A DNA stretch of 64,000 bases, from NCBI GenBank assembly GCA_963694715.1, contig CAVOEB010000001.1, positions 20,434-84,433 on the forward strand, read 5' to 3'. Under the pieces are notes generated by a model, which was not told the origin of the DNA, did not search any database, and saw nothing but the letters and a program-made list of their open reading frames with translations. The position numbers and the translations under genes are program-made. Positions 57,687-64,000 of this stretch are shown here, in pieces. Origin of the DNA: Alphaproteobacteria bacterium. Lineage in GTDB: Bacteria; Pseudomonadota; Alphaproteobacteria; UBA828; JAPUJA01. Within the stretch, counting starts at the first letter, position 1. Each line of letters opens with the position of its first letter.

Positions 57687-60600
57687 TCAGGCGCTTTCGC
57701 GCAGTTGCTCGGCGGCGCCCAGATCGACCGAGACAAGCTGGGAGACGCCACGCTCGGACATGGTGACGCCAAACAGCCGGTCGACGCGGGTCATGGTAAT
57801 CCGGTTATGGGTGATGACGAGGAAGCGGGTGCCCGTATCGCGGGCGATGGATTCGATTAGATCGCAGAAGCGCTCGACGTTCGCGTCGTCGAGCGGCGCG
57901 TCGGCCTCGTCGAGCACGCAGATCGGTGCCGGATTGGTGAGGAACACCGCGAACAGCAGGGTCAGTGCGGTCAACGCCTGTTCGCCGCCCGAGAGCAGCG
58001 AGAGCACGCGGGTCTGTTTGCCCGGCGGCGTGGCGATAAGCTCGAGCCCCGCTTCCAGCGGGTCATCGGATTCGACCAGCTCGAGGCGTGCGGTTCCGCC
58101 CCCAAAGAGCTGCGCGAAAAGCCGCTGGAAATGACCGTCGATTTCGGTGAATGCGCTGTTGATGCGCTCGCGGCCCTCGCGGTTAAGGCTGGTGATGCCC
58201 TGGTGGAGGCGGCCGATCGCAGCTTCGAGATCGGCGCGCTCGGATTGCAGGGTGCTGACCTGCTCCTCTGTCTCCGCCGCCTCGGCTTCGGCGCGCAAAT
58301 TGACGGGGCCCATAGTGTCTCGTTCGCGGAGCAGGCGCTCGACCCGGGTTTCCGCCTTCTCGCGCGCAGGCATCTCGTCGCCTTCGCCGATCTCTGCGAT
58401 GGCGGGTAGTTCGTCGGGTTCGACATCGAGTTTTTCCGCGATCTGCTCGGCTAGGGCGACTTGGGCCTCGCGGGCCTGGTCGAGGGTCGCATCCACACGC
58501 ACCCGCTCTTCGCGCGCCCCCGCGAGGGCCTGATCGGCTTCACGGCTGTGTGCGTCGAGGCGGTTGGCTTCGGCTTCCGCGTGGGCGAGGGCGTCAGCCG
58601 CCTCGCGCCGGCGGGCCTCGGCCGCTTCCAGGATTTCCAGCAGGCCCGCACGGCGCGCTTCAAGCTCGGCCGGACGCTCGGCGAGCGCGTCGAGGTCCGC
58701 CTGGCTTGCCTGGCGGCGCCCGTCGAGATCGCCCAACCGCTCGGCTGCTTCCTCGGCACGCTTTTGCCAGAGCTCAGATTCGCGGTCCACCGCGGCGAGG
58801 CGGTCGGCACGAATCTGGAGATCGCGCAGCACCCGGCTCTGGGCGGCCTGGGCTTCGGCCAGCGCGGCCCGGCGTTCGGTAACCGTTTCGCGTAAACCGT
58901 CGCGCTCGGCCCGGGCGGCATCGAGATCCGCCATATCCTCACGCGCCGCCTGGGCTTCCTTCTGCTGGGTCCTGGCTTCCGCCAGTTCGTCGCCGAGGCG
59001 GCGAGCGGTGTCGGCCAAGGCTTCGAGCCGCGAGCGTGCGGCAGCGCCCGCTTCGAGCTCGGCCTCGCGCAGTTCCTGGGCCTCGGAGAAATCGTTCTCG
59101 GCAATGCGGCCTGCGGCGCGGGCCCCGTCTTCGGCGCGCCGAGCGTTTGCCAGACCGGATTGCGATGGCACGTAGTCGTTGCTTGCCGCGGCAAAAGTGA
59201 ATTCGGCGCCGGTCAACTGGTCGCGGACTTCGATCAGACGGTTACGCTGACGCAGCCGGGTGGCGGATGCCACGGGCGCCTCGGCGGCGACGGTATAGCC
59301 GTCCCAGCGCCACAACGCCCCGTCGCGGCTGACCAGGCATTGTCCGGGCTGTAGGGTGCGGCGGAATTTTGCACCCTCCCCGCGCTCGACGACACCGATC
59401 TGCGACAGGCGGCGCGCCAACGCGGGGGGTGCCTGAACGACCTCGGACAGCGGCTGGACCCCGGGGGCAAGCGCCCTCGGCGTCGCGCCGTCGGCGAGGC
59501 GGACCCAGTGGATGGGCGCGTTTTCGTCGGTTGACGCGGAAAGCTCGTCACCAAACGCGGCGCCCAAGGCGGCTTCGAAGCCGGCGTCGACGCGGACATC
59601 GTCGAACACGGGTGGGCCAGAGGGGGTGGATCCGGTTTCGAGGATCGAGGCCAGCGCGGCCTCTTCGGCGCGCAACCGGTCGCGCAGCGTTTCGGCGGCC
59701 TGTAAGCCGTCGCGGGCGGTTCGCTCGGCGCTCTCGCAGGCCGTCCGTTCGGTCTCGGCCACGTCGAGTTTCTCACGCGCCGAATCGCGCCGGGCGCGGG
59801 CGCCGGCAGAGATTTTTTCGGCTTCGCGGAGGGCCTGGCGGTCGGCGCCCTGGCGTTCCAGCTCGGCGCCTTCGGCGGCGAGCTCGTCTAGTTTGGTATT
59901 CAGGCGCTGGTAGCGCGTTGCCGCCTCGGCCTGGCGGCGCACCAGGGCCATCCGCTCGGCCTCGCGACCGACGATGGATTCGGTCATCGCGGCGAACTCA
60001 TCCTCGACTTCGGCGAGGGCTGCTTGCGCCGCGTCGAGCGCCTCGGCGGCCTGCACGGCGGCGGCGGCGTCGTCTTCTTCTTCTTTGGAGCGGGCGAGGG
60101 AGGTGCGTTCCGCGGTAAGCCGGGCCATCGCCTCGGCGGCGTCGGTTTCAAGGGTTTTCTCGCGGGCAAGGTCGTGCGCGATCTGCTCGGTGCGCCGTGC
60201 CAGCTCGTTGCGCCGGGCGGTCAGGCGGGCTTCTTCCTCGGTGAGACCGTCGCGCTCGACCTCGAGGCGGTGGAACGCGGCAGCCGCTTCGGCTTCGGCC
60301 TGGCGGCGTTCGGGCAGGGTCTCGCTGGCGTTGACGCGCGCCGTGGCGGCGGCCGCGGCTTGACGGGTCAACCCCGTAACCGTGGTCTCCGCCGCGCCAA
60401 GCCGGGCCTGGGCGTCGGCGATGCGGGCCGTAGTTTCGAGCCAACGCAGGTGCAGCAGAGTCGCTTGGGCAACGCGGATATGACCGCTCAGGCGGCGATA
60501 GCGGTTGGCCTGGCGGGCCTGGCGCTTGAGCCCCTGAAGCTGGGTCTCGAAGGCGGCGATGACGTCGCCGAGCCGTTCGAGATTGGTTTCGGCGCCGCGC

Positions 60601-61151
60601 AGTTTGAGCTCGGCCTCGTGGCGGCGTGAATGCAGACCCGATATGCCCGCGGCTTCCTCGAGCAGGCGGCGGCGTTCGGAGGGCTTGGCGCGCACGATGG
60701 CGGAGATGTCGCCCTGGCTGACCAGCGCCGAGCTGTGGGCACCGGTGGCGACATCCGCGAACAGAAGCTGGACGTCGCGGGCGCGCATTTCGCGGCCGTT
60801 GATCCGGTAGAGCGAGCCCTGGTCGCGTCCAATCCGGCGCGAGACCTCGATCTCGGATTCGTCGTTGAACTGTGCGGGCGCGTCGCGCGCGGTGTTATGG
60901 AGCAGCAGCGAGACCTCGGCGACGTTGCGCGCAGGCCGGCTGGCGGTGCCGCCGAAAATGACGTCGTTCATCTCGCCGCCGCGCATCTTTTTGGCCGAAG
61001 CCTCGCCCATAACCCAGCGCAGCGCCTCGACCAAATTCGACTTGCCGCAGCCGTTCGGTCCGACGACGCCGGTCATACCGGATTCGATCGCCAACTCCGT
61101 CGAATCGACGAAGGACTTGAACCCAGTCAGGCGAAGTCTCGAGAATTGCAC
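57687..61151 (-). CDS. smc: Chromosome segregation protein SMC
   Basis: 1154 aa. The N-terminal Walker A is GPNGCGKSN. A long coiled coil flanks a hinge. The C-terminal ABC signature LSGGEQAL and Walker B VLDEADAPLD are present. Confidence 0.9.
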   Translation of the reverse strand: MQFSRLRLTGFKSFVDSTELAIESGMTGVVGPNGCGKSNLVEALRWVMGEASAKKMRGGEMNDVIFGGTASRPARNVAEVSLLLHNTARDAPAQFNDESEIEVSRRIGRDQGSLYRINGREMRARDVQLLFADVATGAHSSALVSQGDISAIVRAKPSERRRLLEEAAGISGLHSRRHEAELKLRGAETNLERLGDVIAAFETQLQGLKRQARQANRYRRLSGHIRVAQATLLHLRWLETTARIADAQARLGAAETTVTGLTRQAAAAATARVNASETLPERRQAEAEAAAAFHRLEVERDGLTEEEARLTARRNELARRTEQIAHDLAREKTLETDAAEAMARLTAERTSLARSKEEEDDAAAAVQAAEALDAAQAALAEVEDEFAAMTESIVGREAERMALVRRQAEAATRYQRLNTKLDELAAEGAELERQGADRQALREAEKISAGARARRDSAREKLDVAETERTACESAERTARDGLQAAETLRDRLRAEEAALASILETGSTPSGPPVFDDVRVDAGFEAALGAAFGDELSASTDENAPIHWVRLADGATPRALAPGVQPLSEVVQAPPALARRLSQIGVVERGEGAKFRRTLQPGQCLVSRDGALWRWDGYTVAAEAPVASATRLRQRNRLIEVRDQLTGAEFTFAAASNDYVPSQSGLANARRAEDGARAAGRIAENDFSEAQELREAELEAGAAARSRLEALADTARRLGDELAEARTQQKEAQAAREDMADLDAARAERDGLRETVTERRAALAEAQAAQSRVLRDLQIRADRLAAVDRESELWQKRAEEAAERLGDLDGRRQASQADLDALAERPAELEARRAGLLEILEAAEARRREAADALAHAEAEANRLDAHSREADQALAGAREERVRVDATLDQAREAQVALAEQIAEKLDVEPDELPAIAEIGEGDEMPAREKAETRVERLLRERDTMGPVNLRAEAEAAETEEQVSTLQSERADLEAAIGRLHQGITSLNREGRERINSAFTEIDGHFQRLFAQLFGGGTARLELVESDDPLEAGLELIATPPGKQTRVLSLLSGGEQALTALTLLFAVFLTNPAPICVLDEADAPLDDANVERFCDLIESIARDTGTRFLVITHNRITMTRVDRLFGVTMSERGVSQLVSVDLGAAEQLRESA

Positions 61152-61181
61152 AGTCGGCGCCCTGCCCCTGTCGTTCCGGCT

Positions 61182-61802
61182 CTAGACTTCGCCTAGGTGG
61201 CGATCGAGGATCGGCACGAGCTCGTCGAACGGGATTGCGCCGACATGCTTACGGCCCTCAATGATGAAGGTGGGCGTGTATTCGACCTCGTGCTCGGTCA
61301 TGCCTAAAAGCTGGTTGCCAAGCACAGCGGATTCGACTTGGACGTTGGCCAGGCAGGCATCGAACTGCGCGCGCGATACGCCGCCCAACGCCGCGATCTG
61401 GGCCAGCGCCGCCATGTTGTCGACGCCCGGCCCTGCCCAGAAGTCGAAGCCATCGAACAGGGTGTCGACGAAGGCGAAGTAACGGTCCTCGCCGGCGCAG
61501 CGGGCCAGCATGGCGGCACGCAGCGAGGGTTCGTTGTTGGGGAAATCCCGCGCGATGAAGCGGACCTTGCCCGTATCGACGTAGGCTTCCTTGAACGGCG
61601 TGAAGATATGGGCGTGAAAATCCCGGCAATGGCTGCAGCCAAGCGAGAAATACTCGATCACCGTGACCGGCGCGTCCGCTGGGCCCAGCGTCATCTCGCC
61701 CAGCGCCGGAACCATTTCGGCATGCGCCGGACGAGCCAGAGGCAGCAGCGCGAGCGCCGCGCCAATTCCCATCAGTGACAATACATCTCGTCGGTTAGGC
61801 AT
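61182..61802 (-). CDS. DsbA family thiol:disulfide oxidoreductase (thioredoxin fold), periplasmic
   Basis: A Tat/Sec-like signal (RRDVLSLMGIGAALALLPLARPAHA) precedes a CSHC active site in FSLGCSHCRDF. Confidence 0.75.
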   Translation of the reverse strand: MPNRRDVLSLMGIGAALALLPLARPAHAEMVPALGEMTLGPADAPVTVIEYFSLGCSHCRDFHAHIFTPFKEAYVDTGKVRFIARDFPNNEPSLRAAMLARCAGEDRYFAFVDTLFDGFDFWAGPGVDNMAALAQIAALGGVSRAQFDACLANVQVESAVLGNQLLGMTEHEVEYTPTFIIEGRKHVGAIPFDELVPILDRHLGEV

Positions 61803-61930
61803 GCCGGACCTCCCACATGTTGTGTCCGTTCCTCGTCACGCAGTATACGGAGCGCGTTTGGACGGGACAAGCGTCGTTTCAGTCGTTAGAACCCAGAATC
61901 GTCGCATTGAAACTGGGAATTGTGGGCATA

Positions 61931-62437
61931 TTATGACGTCTCATCATCGTCCGCCCGGCCTCGCGCGGCGGGCGGCGGTTGGCGCGCCAGCACCGCCCGG
62001 CCGAGCCGGTCTAGCGCCCGGCGCAGGCCCGGATCTGCCGTGGTTTCGAGGTCGGCGGCGAGGGCGGTCTCCTCGTTCGCGTCCAGGGCGCGCAGTTTAG
62101 GCAGTGCCGGGTCGGAGCGGGGCGGCAGGGGTCCCTGGACGAGTGAAATCCGCTGTACCGCGCGATAGCCGAAAAAGGTCGCGATCCGATCGAGCAGCTG
62201 AGGTTCGAGATGCTGCAGCTCGAGGGCGCGACCGCCCGCGACCCGGATGCGCAGGACGCCGTTCGCGCTGAGGCTTTCGGGCAGGCAATCGGCCGCGAGG
62301 TCGGGCCCGACGATGGCGGGCCAATCGGTCAGCACGCGGGCCTCGGCGAAGCCCTGACGCCCGAACGCCGTGCGGGTCACTTTGCCCACAGCCCGGGCGA
62401 GGCGGTGCAGGCCGTGGCGGGAGGTCGCATTGGTCAT
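61931..62437 (-). CDS. DUF721 (DciA-like) domain protein
   Basis: The segment WPAIVGPDLAADCLPESLSANGVLRIRVAGGRALELQHLEPQLLDRI follows the DUF721 pattern (W..IVG..LA....P..L..G.L.V.V.S.A.ELQ...P.LL..L). Confidence 0.55.
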   Translation of the reverse strand: MTNATSRHGLHRLARAVGKVTRTAFGRQGFAEARVLTDWPAIVGPDLAADCLPESLSANGVLRIRVAGGRALELQHLEPQLLDRIATFFGYRAVQRISLVQGPLPPRSDPALPKLRALDANEETALAADLETTADPGLRRALDRLGRAVLARQPPPAARGRADDDETS

Positions 62438-62453
62438 TTCGGTATCGGTCTTT

Positions 62454-62503
62454 CGCTAGCTTCGGGGCGCTACCGGCGTGCCCCGAAGCTTTCTATACTA
62501 GCG
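62454..62503. repeat. Strong palindrome (11-bp perfect stem AGCTTCGGGGC / GCCCCGAAGCT, extended by CGCTAG/CTAGCG) in the divergent DUF721-mutY intergenic region
   Basis: Read directly: agcttcggggc-gctaccggcgt-gccccgaagct, flanked by cgctag ... ctagcg. The whole 92-bp gap between the divergent genes is dominated by this structure. Confidence 0.45.
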
Positions 62504-62529
62504 CCGCTTCGGTTGCATGGAAAACACGC

Positions 62530-63645
62530 ATGAGCTCCAAACAGCCTAAAATACCGGCCCCGTCCGGCGCGGTGGCGTCGGCGCGGGCACGCCGGCTGTC
62601 GGCCCGCCTGCTTGCCTGGTACGACGGCGCGGGCCGCCGCTTTCCCTGGCGCGCGGCGACCGGGACAGAGCCCGACCCCTACCGGGTGTGGCTCGCCGAG
62701 GTCATGCTGCAGCAGACCACGACCGCCGGCATGACACCCTATTTCGAGGCCTTTTTCGCACGCTGGCCCGATCTCGAATCGCTGGCCGGGGCAACCCTCG
62801 ACGATGTGCTCCACGCCTGGGCTGGGCTGGGCTATTACGCCCGGGCGCGCAACCTGCACGCCTGTGCGCGCCGGCTCGTGGCGGAGCATGGTGGGCGCTT
62901 TCCCGACGACGAGGCGGGGTTGCGCGCGCTGCCCGGGATCGGCGCCTACAGCGCCGCGGCGATCGCGGCCATCGCGTTCGAACGTTCCGCGGTGGTGATC
63001 GACGGCAACGTGACCCGGGTGTTGATTCGCCTCGCCGGGCTGGGCCGCCCCGCGGGCCAGGTGACCCGCGAGGTCCGCGCGCTCGCCGAACGCCTGACGC
63101 CCGCGCGCCGGCCCGGCGACTATGCCCAGGCGATCATGGATCTGGGGGCTACGGTGTGCACCCCGCGCCGTCCCGATTGCCCGCGCTGCCCGTGGCGTCG
63201 TTCCTGCGCGGGCCATGCCAAAGGGATCGCCGCAGACTTGCCACGCAAGGTGGCAAAACCTGTACGTCCGTTGCGCCACGCCGTCGCCTTCTGGGCGGTG
63301 CGACCGAGCGACGGGCACGTGCTGTTGCGTCGGCGTGCGGAGAAGGGGCTGCTGGGCGGCATGATGGAACTGCCCTCGACGGACTGGGTCGACGCGCCCT
63401 TGCGGCTTACGGATGCGCGGCGCAAGGCACCGGCCAAAGCGGCCTGGCGGCGCCTGCCCGGTACGGTGCGCCATGGCTTTACCCATTTCGAGATCGAGTT
63501 CGTGCTGCTGAAAGGTATGGTGGAAAAGGTGGGCGGGGTGGATGGCGTGTGGGTCGCGCCGGAACGCCTGGGCGAGCACGCCCTGCCGACCATGACGCGC
63601 AAGCTGATCCGCCACGCACACGCCGCTGGTAAAGACGCGCACTAG
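62530..63645 (+). CDS. mutY: A/G-specific adenine DNA glycosylase
   Basis: The HhH-GPD region (LPGIGAYSAAAIAAIAF) and the 4Fe-4S cluster loop C-x6-C-x2-C-x5-C (CTPRRPDCPRCPWRRSC) are present, with a NUDIX-like C-terminal domain. Confidence 0.85.
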   Translation: MSSKQPKIPAPSGAVASARARRLSARLLAWYDGAGRRFPWRAATGTEPDPYRVWLAEVMLQQTTTAGMTPYFEAFFARWPDLESLAGATLDDVLHAWAGLGYYARARNLHACARRLVAEHGGRFPDDEAGLRALPGIGAYSAAAIAAIAFERSAVVIDGNVTRVLIRLAGLGRPAGQVTREVRALAERLTPARRPGDYAQAIMDLGATVCTPRRPDCPRCPWRRSCAGHAKGIAADLPRKVAKPVRPLRHAVAFWAVRPSDGHVLLRRRAEKGLLGGMMELPSTDWVDAPLRLTDARRKAPAKAAWRRLPGTVRHGFTHFEIEFVLLKGMVEKVGGVDGVWVAPERLGEHALPTMTRKLIRHAHAAGKDAH

Positions 63646-64000
63646 TTAGCGCATCTCCTTGCGCAGCCGGTCGCGCAGCGTATCGATAGACTCGGGTTTA
63701 CCGTCTTCCTCGTAGAACCAGAAGGTCCAGCCGTTGCAGGACGGCGCGTCTTGCACTTTGGCGCCGATCCGATGGATCGAGCCGATGGTGCCGTCATGGT
63801 GATGCAGGCTGCCATCGGCTCGCACCTTTGCGCGGTGCTTGCGCGTGCGGTCCGTCAGCACGGTACCGGGGCGCAGCCAACCACGCTCGACCAGCGAGCC
63901 GAACGGTACGCGCGGCAGGTCGCGTTTGTTGGGTGTGGTGAGCAGGGCGTCCTCGGCCAGGGGCTCGACGCCTTCCAGCCGCGCCCGCGCCAGTGCGGCG
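63646..64000 (-). CDS. ccrM: C-terminal part of a CcrM-type N6-adenine DNA methyltransferase (gene start outside the window)
   Basis: The minus-strand translation PRVPFGSLVERGWLRPGTVL...KVRADGSL...GSIHRIGAKVQDAPSCNGWTFWFY...IDTLRDRL closely parallels the C-terminal domain of Caulobacter CcrM (PRVPFGTIVEAGLL...VRPDGSI...[24 protein letters not shown]). The frame is open to the window edge. Confidence 0.7.
   Translation of the reverse strand, partial: AALARARLEGVEPLAEDALLTTPNKRDLPRVPFGSLVERGWLRPGTVLTDRTRKHRAKVRADGSLHHHDGTIGSIHRIGAKVQDAPSCNGWTFWFYEEDGKPESIDTLRDRLRKEMR

Noticed and set aside
62470-63642. 390-aa minus-strand ORF overlapping mutY
   Set aside because: It is antisense to mutY with no recognisable domain, typical of a GC-rich genome.
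1-64000. Search by eye for CRISPR arrays, tRNA/rRNA genes, integrases or transposases
   Set aside because: No regularly spaced direct repeats were seen. No cloverleaf-compatible tRNA-like segments were seen in the intergenic gaps, which are mostly under 150 bp. No recombinase or transposase-like ORFs were seen. The only repeat structures are the protein-coding tandem paralogues at 46.6-48.35 kb and short palindromes.

Overview
High-GC chromosomal core segment that looks alphaproteobacterial. Evidence for that placement: an ATP synthase F0 operon with separate b and b' subunits, a ccrM-type methyltransferase fragment, SURF1 embedded in an aa3 cytochrome oxidase cluster, an alphaproteobacterial-type thrB, and a family-2 gshA. 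About 60 genes are packed tightly, many joined by 4-nt ATGA/GTGA overlaps. In order, the window holds: ileS (3' part), lspA, a DUF3035-like lipoprotein, an M16 peptidase pair, pgi, mutL, rsmD, a pseudouridine synthase, a glutamine amidotransferase, tadA, purD, xseA and an M23 peptidase. Next comes a minus-strand lipid A/LPS core operon (msbA-like, DUF374, kdtA, lpxK, lpxL). Then a CysQ-like phosphatase, pmbA, ubiD, a hypothetical protein, an M24 peptidase, ubiA, rsmE, gshA and tldD. Then the aa3 cytochrome c oxidase cluster (coxB, coxA, ctaB, small ORF, ctaG, coxC, DUF983, surf1), followed by an M32 carboxypeptidase, thrC, an MPP-like M16 peptidase, tusA, a GNAT acetyltransferase, yqgE and a peroxiredoxin. 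The following roughly 1.7-kb segment (46.4-48.35 kb) looks accessory: it contains tandem paralogous small hypothetical ORFs, frameshifted copies and a lower-GC insert. After it come rnhA, thrB, a CDGSH protein, a tandem glycine riboswitch driving gcvT-gcvH-gcvP, the minus-strand atpI-B-E-F'-F operon, smc, a dsbA-like gene, a DUF721/DciA-like gene, mutY and the 3' end of ccrM. I saw no CRISPR array, no rRNA or tRNA gene and no recognisable transposase. The long Arg/Pro-rich alternative-frame ORFs in the track are treated as high-GC artefacts.
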